This document shows, piece after piece, positions 31,137-40,907 of a stretch of 64,000 nucleotides of DNA. Numbering within the stretch: position 1 is the first letter of the stretch; each line of letters opens with the position of its first letter. A program made the position numbers and the translations under genes. The DNA lies in assembly GCA_024704765.1 (NCBI GenBank), contig JAKMXF010000210.1:658286-722285 (forward strand). Direction: 5' to 3'. Below the pieces are notes generated by a model. It was not told the origin of the DNA. It did no database searches and saw only the letters and a list, made by a program, of their open reading frames with translations. This DNA comes from Oopsacas minuta. Its lineage: Eukaryota; Animalia; Porifera.

Positions 31137-33044
31137 ATGCAGTGTAGCAAGGTTTTTGGATATACTCTGTTCTCAGAATATTTGATCAACAATGCTCCTC
31201 CACCAATTTACAAGGATAATCGTCGTAGAGCTCGAGGAGTGTCAGACCTGGAATCTAGGCGGAATTACACCATCCTCACTTCTATACAAAGCCCCGAAGA
31301 TCTGCAAATTGTATATTCTCATTCTCAGACTTGTTATTTCAAACACTCATATTTATCTCTTCTAGCTAACAAGACAGGAGAATCCTACAAGAAATGCACA
31401 CTACATCATATTGGGTGTAAATTAACTCGTTTCGAGCACTTCTTGCGAGATATCGAGCAATCTGTATTCAGACACGATTGTATTCCTCCAAAGGATTCAT
31501 TCCCGAAGGAGTACGATTGGCTAACAGAACATTTAATTCAACAATTCTATAATAATGCTCTTAACTTTAACGAGTTCCTCGGAGTTCTTCTAAAACTTAC
31601 CAACTTCTCTAATGCGAATATTCTCACAGCTCAGGCGGTCTGCTGGGATGTATACTACAGAGAATATTATTCTGTGTTGCAGAAGCTGGCTTTAGTTAAT
31701 GAGCATTCAGCTGGGTTTATAGAACAGCTGTTCGCTATTTTCACTCAATTAGATAGACATATTTCCTGCGAAATTTCTCCCTTCTTGATGAAGCAGTTTA
31801 TCATTTGGTGGATTAAAGAATCAGATACGAATCCTGACAAACATTTCGAACTAATTGAACAGTGGTACAGATCTTCAGACGGGCAAGAATCCACTATTGA
31901 CTTTATTGAGTTTCTGGATTTACTATATAAGTTATTTTTCAAACATTTTCCTATTACTACTCGACACTTCTTGCTTAAAGATGCCTACCATAGTCTGGTG
32001 TGTAAAGTTCTTAAGAAGGGGTATCTAGCTAAATGTGGACCTAACAACAGTAAGTATCAAATTCGATGGATGATCTTATATCCAGATAAACTGGACTACT
32101 ACAAGCGTAAATCTGAAGAAGAAATGAGTTTAAAGGGCACCATCCTTCTGGGTGAAAAAGCTGTCGTTAAAAATGTTTACGATGACGACAAGAAAGGCTA
32201 TTACAGATTCACAGTATCATATACTAGCACTGCTAGACAGTTCTCTATCCGTGCTGATGATATTCGTATCAGAATGGCTTGGGTTACTGCTATTGATCAA
32301 GCTATCGATGTGCTTAAAGGGAATAAGGGGTTGCACGTCTTTGAGAAACCTCTGGATCTAACACGTGCAGACAAGGACTTACTGGCTTCTACGATGCATC
32401 CTGGCGCTAAAATGCTCGACCTCACAGAATCAGAGTCCATACAAGAAATTGCTATATGTTCTGTACCTCTACCTGCCCCATATAACGGTCAGATAGATCC
32501 GTTACTACAACCTCTTTCCTCTTTCAGTGGAGATGACAAATCTCTGCCTACGTCATTAGATCATAACAGAGATCATAGCAGAACTCTTCACATCAGACAT
32601 ATAGATAGAGAGTTTCCCATGGATGATTTCACGAATTCTATATACGAGTCTAGCTCCCCGGGTGCCGTTAATTCGGACAAATGTACTGAATTTCGCTCCA
32701 AACGATTCCCCAGCATGTCTTCTAGTGAAGACGAAGGGACCTTGCCCCCTCTCCCAGGTAGGCAAATTCAACACACTCCACTTCTCCTAGAATGTATTAA
32801 GAATCCTATTCCAGTTCCTAGAGATTTGAACAAGAGAGCATCATTCGGAGATGTCCCGTCCTCAAACCGAGTTAGCATGACTACTCATTCTTCCTTTGGT
32901 ACATTCAACCACTTCAGAGTGAGCTCAGAAGAAATCCCTCCTCAGCTAGCTCCACGAGTCAAGAACGTGCTCCCCAAAGTTCCCCCCAGGACATTTCCTC
33001 AAGTTCCTGACAGGGTGGACTCTCTCAGGAAGTATAGTAGCTAG
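31137..33044 (+). CDS. SWAP-70/DEF6-like PH-domain protein with Pro-rich tail
   Basis: EF-like helical N-terminal half, then VLKKGYLAKCG..RWMILYP..YY..KGTILL..ADD..RMAWVTAI (SWAP70-type PH). The C-terminus is Pro-rich rather than coiled coil. Confidence 0.7.
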   Translation: MQCSKVFGYTLFSEYLINNAPPPIYKDNRRRARGVSDLESRRNYTILTSIQSPEDLQIVYSHSQTCYFKHSYLSLLANKTGESYKKCTLHHIGCKLTRFEHFLRDIEQSVFRHDCIPPKDSFPKEYDWLTEHLIQQFYNNALNFNEFLGVLLKLTNFSNANILTAQAVCWDVYYREYYSVLQKLALVNEHSAGFIEQLFAIFTQLDRHISCEISPFLMKQFIIWWIKESDTNPDKHFELIEQWYRSSDGQESTIDFIEFLDLLYKLFFKHFPITTRHFLLKDAYHSLVCKVLKKGYLAKCGPNNSKYQIRWMILYPDKLDYYKRKSEEEMSLKGTILLGEKAVVKNVYDDDKKGYYRFTVSYTSTARQFSIRADDIRIRMAWVTAIDQAIDVLKGNKGLHVFEKPLDLTRADKDLLASTMHPGAKMLDLTESESIQEIAICSVPLPAPYNGQIDPLLQPLSSFSGDDKSLPTSLDHNRDHSRTLHIRHIDREFPMDDFTNSIYESSSPGAVNSDKCTEFRSKRFPSMSSSEDEGTLPPLPGRQIQHTPLLLECIKNPIPVPRDLNKRASFGDVPSSNRVSMTTHSSFGTFNHFRVSSEEIPPQLAPRVKNVLPKVPPRTFPQVPDRVDSLRKYSS

Positions 33045-33281
33045 TTTCAAACGATTTATAGCTGAGCTGTTTTTATGTAAATGTTGGAATGTTTTATTAT
33101 TTTTAGACTGGAAATTTTGGTTTAATTTTTCAAATACATAAAATAGTACGTACGTATATCCATATTTGGATTTGAAAAATATATACGTAATTACGTATAT
33201 AATAATAATTTCAAAGAAATACAAAAGTCTCAACGCATATAAGCTCATTTGTTGTAATCTAGATGGAGTCTTGAGATAAGT

Positions 33282-33989
33282 ATGCTTTCTATTATTCTGT
33301 CTGTTTCTCTGGTTATATTTTATTTGTCTCTGTCCAGTAGTCAAACTGGTATTCGTGTTGAAGATTTCGGGTACTCTTATGGCAACACTATGTCTACTGT
33401 ACTTGTATTCTACATAGAACTATTCAATGAGGGACACACACCAGTTGAAGTTGAAGTTAGAAATGAAGAGTGTTGTCTGTCTATTGAGAAAGATGATATA
33501 GATTGTCAATCTATGAAACTTGCTACAAAAATATCCAGAATTTCACCCCTGGGCAGTCAGGGATCCACTAAGACAATAGAGTTCATGTTTCACAGTATGT
33601 ATATTATGAATAGAGAAGGTGTATGTACTTTCTATGTAATAGATCGTAGACATAAACACAAAGAACATGTTCGTATTGCCTTTAATACAATGATGCAGAA
33701 CTCTATCGTCTGTAGCTCTGTTGATCTTGACACAGAGCGTAACTGTCATCCAGCGAATTGTTTGTTAAAGTACATGGGTAAGAGAAACTTCTTCAACAAG
33801 AACACTCTCCGATGTGAATCTATTGTTGAGTGTATGACTCTATCAGCTGACAGGAGAGAGATTATTGCTTACTATAACCCCGAGACTAATATGTGTGTGA
33901 GTCTAGACGAAGGGATAGGAGTAGTGGAGAGTGCTGAAGAAGATGATTTACCTTTTCATGACGATTTGATGAGTGAGAACATATTGTAG
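33282..33989 (+). CDS. Secreted Cys-rich protein of unknown function
   Basis: Signal peptide, about 9 Cys, acidic C-terminus; family not recognised. Confidence 0.65.
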   Translation: MLSIILSVSLVIFYLSLSSSQTGIRVEDFGYSYGNTMSTVLVFYIELFNEGHTPVEVEVRNEECCLSIEKDDIDCQSMKLATKISRISPLGSQGSTKTIEFMFHSMYIMNREGVCTFYVIDRRHKHKEHVRIAFNTMMQNSIVCSSVDLDTERNCHPANCLLKYMGKRNFFNKNTLRCESIVECMTLSADRREIIAYYNPETNMCVSLDEGIGVVESAEEDDLPFHDDLMSENIL

Positions 33990-34089
33990 TAGTTCGTAAT
34001 ATTCCAGATTATTCTAATCTCCTACAACGGTATATTGTGTTATATTATTGTATTATGTGTTGATTAGTATATCTAGTGTGATTAAGCAG

Positions 34090-34932
34090 ATGGATGTTAA
34101 AATGAATTTCAGGATATACGGGCTCTGCTCCCTAGCAGCTGTTGGTCTGTACGGACTCCCTATTGTATTCCCACAACATTTTAAAAGTTTTTATCGCAAG
34201 ACAGATTCCAAAGTTCCCCCAGAACTTGACACACATGTGCGCAAGATCGCCTATTTGATGGGTTTTCTGCCCAACCAGGTGGCCAATCTAAATGTGTTCA
34301 TTACCAAAGAGATAAATAGCATGTCTTTTGGGCACTTGTCTTCTCCCTGGGGGGCTTATATCGGTCTTCCTAGACAGGTCTTGTGGACTGGTATTGATGA
34401 CGTAATGAAGTCTACTCTCCATAAGAAGGGACTGCCCGTAGATTGGGAGTCTGACTTTGGGAAGAGATTAGCCAATTGTATAACTCCCTCAGGCAGTCAA
34501 ACAAGTTTCCGTATTGCTCACGAACTGGCTCACCTCCAATCTAATCACTTATCATACTATCTCTTAATTACTCCTCTCCATCTCTTGTCCCTGTTTATCT
34601 TTCTAGAGTTTGGCTCACCTTATATTCAGAAAAGATTTAAACTTACTTCAGGAGCTGTCGGCATTCCTGTACTATTGTTTTGGGTATTAGCTCTGTGCTA
34701 CGACTTGAGACGAACCAGACACAAATTTGAATTTGACGCTGATAATACGGCCGCTTCTGTTGGACGGGGGTTTGCAGAGGGTGGTATAGAGTTATTCTTT
34801 CGACAGAGACAAGTGTCTCTCTTGTTGGGAAACGATGACGAGCATTCTACCTCAACTCACCCCAGTTGTCTTGATAGACAGAAGCGACTACAGGAAGTTA
34901 TGATTAATAAATATCAGCTTACATTTGATTAG
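34090..34932 (+). CDS. TMEM177: TMEM177-like mitochondrial inner-membrane protein with intact M48-type HExxH
   Basis: GAYIGLP, PVDWESDFGKRL, FRIAHELAHL and GGIE correspond to TMEM177 blocks (GAVVGIP, VDWRSPAGARL, FALAREVVYL, GGVE, from memory). Two TM segments. Confidence 0.72.
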   Translation: MDVKMNFRIYGLCSLAAVGLYGLPIVFPQHFKSFYRKTDSKVPPELDTHVRKIAYLMGFLPNQVANLNVFITKEINSMSFGHLSSPWGAYIGLPRQVLWTGIDDVMKSTLHKKGLPVDWESDFGKRLANCITPSGSQTSFRIAHELAHLQSNHLSYYLLITPLHLLSLFIFLEFGSPYIQKRFKLTSGAVGIPVLLFWVLALCYDLRRTRHKFEFDADNTAASVGRGFAEGGIELFFRQRQVSLLLGNDDEHSTSTHPSCLDRQKRLQEVMINKYQLTFD

Positions 34933-35000
34933 ATTTGTTCTACTATTTTTGCCAGATATTAGGACCAGAAACTAAATATAATTATAAATCTTATTAGCTT

Positions 35001-38000
35001 ATGATTAGTCAGAAATGGTACAGCAATGGATTAGAATTGAATGAAGATGATGAGAGGAGCTACACAAGAGAGGAGTTCTCTCTATTTTCTTTTGATTATT
35101 CCAACTCATTCATTCCATACTCTGCAGAATTCTATAAGGATACAGTTAATCTCTTCTCTATAATATTTCTATCATTTTCTGATTTCGTTACGAATCATAA
35201 AGCTATGTTTAATCTATTCAAACAACATTTAATGTTATCTGAGGAATCTGCTCTAACACACGTGTCTGTTCCCAATCTATCTCACTTACAACATTGTCAC
35301 GTATTTCTGCATTTCTTAGTATACTCGCTAGCTTCTGCGTCTCCTAGAGAATGGAATAAATGTGATCTCCAGTTGTTCGGAGATACAGTATCTTCACAGC
35401 TTGAAACTGTCTGTCTCTTAGTTATCCAACTCAGTGAAGCAAACAGGTCTTCTAACATGATGATCCCCTCCCCTCACGCCCCTCAAGAAGTACACCCTTA
35501 CACTCAGCTTCTTATCGACATTAAGACACACCTCTTGTTATCTCACCACTACATTACCAGACTAGTACCAGAGTATAAGAGTCATACATTTGAATTTATA
35601 AAGTATATTTGGACAGATCTGTTAGAACAGTCACTTGTCATCTTCTCTACTCACTCAGATCTGCTACGATTAAACTTCTCACCTTTCAATTGCTATTCTC
35701 ATATAGAAATTTGGTGCTTGTCAGCCCAGCTGTCAGATATATTGACAGCAGATGGCCAGGTGTCTGGCTTTTGGAATTTATTTATTCCTACTCTCCTCTC
35801 ATTTTCTGATTCTATTTCTTTACCTTTGGAGAAAAACAAGTTTGTTTGGTGGTTATTAGTTAACCTTTCAAGAGTGTTACCTCTTTATATGCATAAACAT
35901 CAAATAAGTTGTTGGGAGCTCTGTAGGGACTGTGTTATTACTTTAGCTAATCTACAATCTGATTCTAGTTCTCCGCAGCTAGCATTCTCTCTATGGAGTA
36001 TAATTAAGCTATCCAAGTATTGGGGACAATCAATGGATTCTGTTATGCTATTATGGGAATCGTTTAGTAAGAAATTGGGAGATATGACCAATAACACTAA
36101 TCATAAGGCAATGTCTGTAAGAAACATATCTGAATTGAGATATCACATTATCAATAATCCCTCAGAAGTAAATAATCCCCTACAAGTTTCATCTTTCGAA
36201 CTTTTTCTGCGATTTTTCTCTCTCCAATTTAGTCTGGTCGAGGAATTGCCTACTGATTACTGGAAGCGATATAAAGGTAGGTTTTACTCAAAACTCTCAT
36301 TTCGCCGGCTACAAAATCTTAAATCAGATTCTATTCTTAATCTCTATCTGCTTACATTTGTTCTTGGCTACAAAACTGATGCTGATGACGTAATTGACAA
36401 ATCGAGTGAATTATTTCTCAAACTGTTATCAAACTCTTCTTCTGTCGTCCCGTCAGCTACGCTGTTGTTAATTTGGGAATCTTTGTTTGGACTTTTCCAT
36501 GTCTTTACAGATAAGGCAATCAGTTTATCGAACTACCTCTCTAAGATTCTACCCAAACTCTGTGAGTACCAGAATATTGCCATGTTTGATGCTAATTATG
36601 CCAAGTTACATTGGGAAGTTTGTAATTTGATGTGGCTTGAGTTACCAGAGCTTAGTAGCTGTCCGGAGCTAATCCATTCTGTATTGGAGGTTCTGCAGGA
36701 GTTATACGTCTCGCACTATTCTGCATTCCATAAGGAGCATATTGTTGTTACAGCTCTTAATATTACTCAAGTATTGATAAGTATATATAACTTGTTAGTT
36801 GATAACTCATCTGTAAGAGAAACTTCTGAGAAGGTATGTCTGTTTCTTTGGGAATTTGGCTACCCTAACTGGAGACAGGATCATCTCTCAGTCTCATCCG
36901 TCCCTGAAATGGGACCTCTTATCTCTCGTCTCATTCTCCTCTCTATCATATCTGAGTGTAATCCTGTTGTGAGCTTCAGCGATGTAGTTAAAGAAGTTTT
37001 GTTCTGTAACAACTTGCCTTGTCAAGTCGGGTGTCTTTTTATACAAGGTTTTATCTGTGAAGAAATCGGTAGGCGACATGTTTCGCAACATTTGATATTC
37101 ATACAGCTGTTCACCAAAGCTTGGGTGCTGTACATAATACAAACTCACAGATACCCACAATTTACTCCTTCTCTCATTGCATGCACCAATCTGTTGAGGA
37201 CCCTTTCAATCTTTGGACAGACAACTACTGTCAGCTGTCTTTCTGACGTCATTATTATTTTCGAGTCTCTCTTGAAACAAATTACACTGACTGGAGAGAG
37301 CTACAGAGACTCTCAATATTTCTTTATTTCAGAATTCTTAGAGTGGATTGAGCCTCATCTCTGCGACCCGAGCACTTCAAAGGAATGTTTATTCGCGATA
37401 TACAGATTATCTTATAGTCTGGTGCGGTACTGTCCAGCTGTAATTTACAGTCACACTCAGACCAATTGCATCCTACCCAGACTCATTGAATACCTCTTCT
37501 TCCCTACACATTCTCTGTCCAAGCTTCCTCACCCAGCACACCTAGACTGTGTGAGAGGATTCCTCATAGAGTTCTTGTCCAGTCTATTTATGCTGCAGTC
37601 AGAAACTGACCAGTTTATTCAGCGAAAAATACGACAACTATTTTCTAAATATTTTTATCGATTCCAACAACAATCTCAAGGAAACGTTCTTGTTTCTTCC
37701 AAAGACAATCCTTTCCTATCTCTGTTTGATTCGGACTTGGTTACTGAGCAGAATTCATTTCCAACTAATCTACACCCTGCATTGTGTGCTCTCTCTGTTA
37801 TACGGGGATTGTTCTTAAAACTTCCTCAGCCTCCGACTACTCTCATACAGACTCTGCTTTTCTTGCATAAAATGACAGATATTGCTTCTAACGAGCTCTT
37901 AGCTAGTTCTGGAGAACACTTACTCTTTCCAATGCTCGGTTGTCTGCTAGCTTGTAACGAATGTCCTACCAATAGAGAACCCCAGCAAATTAGAGAGCTA

Positions 38001-38288
38001 GCTGAAACTGTTATTCAGAGGATCCTAAGAGCTGTCACAAGGATGACAAGTATCTGTCACAGACATAAGTTAGTCGAATCTATAACTACTTTTGTTGCAG
38101 CGAACATGCCTTCTTGCCATGGAAAGGTATTCACTACTTTAAGGATAATTGCTCAGATAGATCCGCATCTCATAGCTCTTTGCATCGGAGAGTTCCGCTC
38201 TCTGTTACTAGAGTTTGAGAAAGGTAATCCTAAAGTAGCAGCAGAAATACGAATAGAACTGAACAGATTAGAGAGTATATTGAAGTGA
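35001..38288 (+). CDS. MMS22L: MMS22-like protein, intronless, 1095 aa
   Basis: Long helical repeat protein. LWESFSKKL, SFELFLRFF, WKRYKGRFYSKLSFRRLQNL match MMS22L conserved blocks. Confidence 0.85.
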   Translation: MISQKWYSNGLELNEDDERSYTREEFSLFSFDYSNSFIPYSAEFYKDTVNLFSIIFLSFSDFVTNHKAMFNLFKQHLMLSEESALTHVSVPNLSHLQHCHVFLHFLVYSLASASPREWNKCDLQLFGDTVSSQLETVCLLVIQLSEANRSSNMMIPSPHAPQEVHPYTQLLIDIKTHLLLSHHYITRLVPEYKSHTFEFIKYIWTDLLEQSLVIFSTHSDLLRLNFSPFNCYSHIEIWCLSAQLSDILTADGQVSGFWNLFIPTLLSFSDSISLPLEKNKFVWWLLVNLSRVLPLYMHKHQISCWELCRDCVITLANLQSDSSSPQLAFSLWSIIKLSKYWGQSMDSVMLLWESFSKKLGDMTNNTNHKAMSVRNISELRYHIINNPSEVNNPLQVSSFELFLRFFSLQFSLVEELPTDYWKRYKGRFYSKLSFRRLQNLKSDSILNLYLLTFVLGYKTDADDVIDKSSELFLKLLSNSSSVVPSATLLLIWESLFGLFHVFTDKAISLSNYLSKILPKLCEYQNIAMFDANYAKLHWEVCNLMWLELPELSSCPELIHSVLEVLQELYVSHYSAFHKEHIVVTALNITQVLISIYNLLVDNSSVRETSEKVCLFLWEFGYPNWRQDHLSVSSVPEMGPLISRLILLSIISECNPVVSFSDVVKEVLFCNNLPCQVGCLFIQGFICEEIGRRHVSQHLIFIQLFTKAWVLYIIQTHRYPQFTPSLIACTNLLRTLSIFGQTTTVSCLSDVIIIFESLLKQITLTGESYRDSQYFFISEFLEWIEPHLCDPSTSKECLFAIYRLSYSLVRYCPAVIYSHTQTNCILPRLIEYLFFPTHSLSKLPHPAHLDCVRGFLIEFLSSLFMLQSETDQFIQRKIRQLFSKYFYRFQQQSQGNVLVSSKDNPFLSLFDSDLVTEQNSFPTNLHPALCALSVIRGLFLKLPQPPTTLIQTLLFLHKMTDIASNELLASSGEHLLFPMLGCLLACNECPTNREPQQIRELAETVIQRILRAVTRMTSICHRHKLVESITTFVAANMPSCHGKVFTTLRIIAQIDPHLIALCIGEFRSLLLEFEKGNPKVAAEIRIELNRLESILK

Positions 38289-38446
38289 GATATATGAATT
38301 GTATCAATCATTGTGTGTATATTCAAGTTTGTTTTGAATGAATCATATTACGTACATATTAATTTTGGCATTTTCTTTACTCTTCATAAACTATTCGCAA
38401 ATCTACTTTTACCATTCATTTCAGTTCTATTCTATTTGGAATTGCA

Positions 38447-39445
38447 ATGCAGTTTGCTCCTCGTTGGGTTAGATACTCACTAACAAATCGTCGTAACTTA
38501 TGGATAGTTCTTTTCCTTGCTTTGGTAATTGTCTCTGTTTGGTATTTGAAGACTCCATCATTGGGGACAGAATCTATGGAGCTGCCAGAGGAATTGAACG
38601 AAGTGCTTTTTGAGACGGAATGTTTTTCTCATAACCCGTATGTTCTCTTTTTCAACCGAATACCTAAGTCTGGAAGCACCACTCTACAAGATTTCTTTCG
38701 TACTTTGTCAAATTTAGTTGACGTGGAGACAGACATCTACCCAGAAGGCGCGACCAAATGGACTCTATCGAAAATAGAAGAAGTAGAGAATCGCGCTATG
38801 GCTCTATTAAAACGCGCGAAATTGATGCACGGTGGGCACGGTATGGACGGTTACTCTCCTCGAGGCATTTATATTCAACATTTCTACTACACAGAATTTC
38901 CTGGGTTGTCAGCATTTGGAATGAACTACGGCTACATTACTTTAGTGCGAGAGCCTGTGGATAGGGTTATATCTGCTTACTATTACTATCATTTTACTAA
39001 GAATTTTAAAATACCAGTTGAAGATAAAATGACTTCTCTCTCTGATTGTGTTAAAAATGAATTGTATGGCTGTGAGGCTAATATAATGACTCAGTATTTC
39101 TGCGGGCATGAAGACAGCTGTGTCTCTAAGAATGGAGACCACAAGTACGCGCTCTACACTGCTAAACAGAATCTGTTAAAATATATCGCAATAGGTCTCA
39201 CTGAAGATTTCTTATCCTCAATCAAACTATTTCAGAAATTATTACCAGACATTCTTCCTCGGTTTGTTGAGCTACCGACCTCACTGAAGAAGCAGAATGC
39301 TAATGAAATCGATTACAAGAAAGATGTCTCTGAGAGTGACAGAATACTAATTAGAGAAAAAAACGTTTTAGATATACAAATATATGCTTTCGCAAAAGAC
39401 TTGTTTGATGCGAAACTTAAGGAGTGTAGTATTTCAGGAGAATGA
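38447..39445 (+). CDS. Uronyl/heparan-sulfate 2-O-sulfotransferase family, type II Golgi protein
   Basis: N-terminal TM; FNRIPKSGSTT (5'-PSB), YITLVREPVDRVISAYYY (3'-PB), QYFCGH, IGLTEDF. Confidence 0.88.
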   Translation: MQFAPRWVRYSLTNRRNLWIVLFLALVIVSVWYLKTPSLGTESMELPEELNEVLFETECFSHNPYVLFFNRIPKSGSTTLQDFFRTLSNLVDVETDIYPEGATKWTLSKIEEVENRAMALLKRAKLMHGGHGMDGYSPRGIYIQHFYYTEFPGLSAFGMNYGYITLVREPVDRVISAYYYYHFTKNFKIPVEDKMTSLSDCVKNELYGCEANIMTQYFCGHEDSCVSKNGDHKYALYTAKQNLLKYIAIGLTEDFLSSIKLFQKLLPDILPRFVELPTSLKKQNANEIDYKKDVSESDRILIREKNVLDIQIYAFAKDLFDAKLKECSISGE

Positions 39446-39552
39446 TCTTTTGATAGAATTGTAATTATTTCTTTATTTTGCTATATTATAAGTAATTAGT
39501 TTTTAAATAACATGATTTGTACCTTTATGCTTATTTCTAGGGATCTTATTAG

Positions 39553-40794
39553 ATGGCTACAGTAGCAGTAGGACCTGAAATAGAACCACTTGAAGATTCT
39601 ATTGAAAGAATTAAAGCGGAAGTTAGAGGAAAGTTTGCAGAATTTGTAGAACGGGTGCTAGCAAGAGAAGCAGCTCTTCTGGTTAAACTAGATGACATAT
39701 TTGCCATTCGAAGAGCACAAATAGAAGAATTTCAAGGAAGGAAAAGAGAACTAGAAGAGATGCGAAATCAGAACAAATCTAATCTAAGGTATGAAGAGCT
39801 GAGATCTATGCAATCAGAATTTATGAATAAGATTGAAACCAAAATAAAAGAATTAGAACACCAGCTGGTCAATTCTTTCGTTCATTTTGATTGGAGTTCC
39901 AATATTTTCAATGAACTGTCTGAGCTGGGCAATCTTCATGTGCTGGATAAATATACATTAACTCCAAAAGTTGAATACACTCACAAACAGGAAGTTGCTT
40001 TAAAGAGAAGCAAGGTAGGAGATCTGGAGGGAGAATTGTACGGACCGCGAGTTATCTGTATAGATCCTAAAAGCAATAATATATTTATCTCTGAACATAA
40101 GAATAATCGAGTTCAAAAGTTTGATAGAAATGGAAATTATTTAACAACTTTGGGAAATGGTAAAATGAAAGCTCCTGACGGAATAGCTATTCATAATGAC
40201 CAGATATACATTGCACAATATGAAGGAAATCATGTACAGGTCTATTCCCTTCTCACAGATAAATTTGTTGGACGGATCGGAGAGAAGGGATTTGGACGAG
40301 GGCAATTGGATTGTCCTACTGGACTCGCTATCAGTAAGAAGAATAGTTATCTGTACGTATGTGACAGGAAAAACTGTAGGGTACAAGTGTTCGAGCAGGG
40401 AGGTGAATACAGATCTAAATTTGGCAGCGAAAATTTAAATAATCCAACGGACATAAAGATGACTGGAGAGGAGATATTCGTGTTGGATGAGGCCAATCCC
40501 TGTATCCACGTGTTTAATTACGCAAATGAGTGTGTAAGGTCTCTAATCACCAATGGACCTAGAGAACAAACTCTAGACCCATTTTGTTTCTGTTTCGATT
40601 TAGATAGAAACTTTTATATTACCGATTTTGACAGGAATTGCGTATCTATTTTCAATCCAATCGGCGAATCCCTCGGCCAGATCGGTTCTCATACGTCAAG
40701 AGTTCTCTATACACCTTCTGGGATTGCTATAGATATGCTAGGCAGACTAATTGTCATCGACAGGAGTAACAACGGTTGTATTAGATTTTTCTAA
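39553..40794 (+). CDS. Coiled-coil + NHL-repeat beta-propeller protein (TRIM-like without RING/B-box)
   Basis: N-terminal coiled coil; six NHL blades (GP..I.ID..NNIFISE..NNRVQKF, P.GIAI, P.GLAI..YVCDRKNCRVQVF). Confidence 0.88.
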   Translation: MATVAVGPEIEPLEDSIERIKAEVRGKFAEFVERVLAREAALLVKLDDIFAIRRAQIEEFQGRKRELEEMRNQNKSNLRYEELRSMQSEFMNKIETKIKELEHQLVNSFVHFDWSSNIFNELSELGNLHVLDKYTLTPKVEYTHKQEVALKRSKVGDLEGELYGPRVICIDPKSNNIFISEHKNNRVQKFDRNGNYLTTLGNGKMKAPDGIAIHNDQIYIAQYEGNHVQVYSLLTDKFVGRIGEKGFGRGQLDCPTGLAISKKNSYLYVCDRKNCRVQVFEQGGEYRSKFGSENLNNPTDIKMTGEEIFVLDEANPCIHVFNYANECVRSLITNGPREQTLDPFCFCFDLDRNFYITDFDRNCVSIFNPIGESLGQIGSHTSRVLYTPSGIAIDMLGRLIVIDRSNNGCIRFF

Positions 40795-40846
40795 TTTCAA
40801 ACCAAAAGAACACAAATAACCTAATAATATAGTCCGTACGTATATA

Positions 40847-40868
40847 TGTATTATTATTATTATTATTT
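40847..40868 (+). repeat. (TAT)n microsatellite between convergent NHL and POLE genes
   Basis: tattattattattattatt seen directly. Confidence 0.8.
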
Positions 40869-40907
40869 TATTCAATTTCAATTTGGAAATTTACTTGTAA
40901 TTTATAA

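Noticed and set aside
33989-34090. Possible fusion of the secreted Cys-rich ORF with TMEM177
   Set aside because: The first ORF ends in a clean TAG with no good donor before it, and the predicted localisations (secreted versus mitochondrial) differ.
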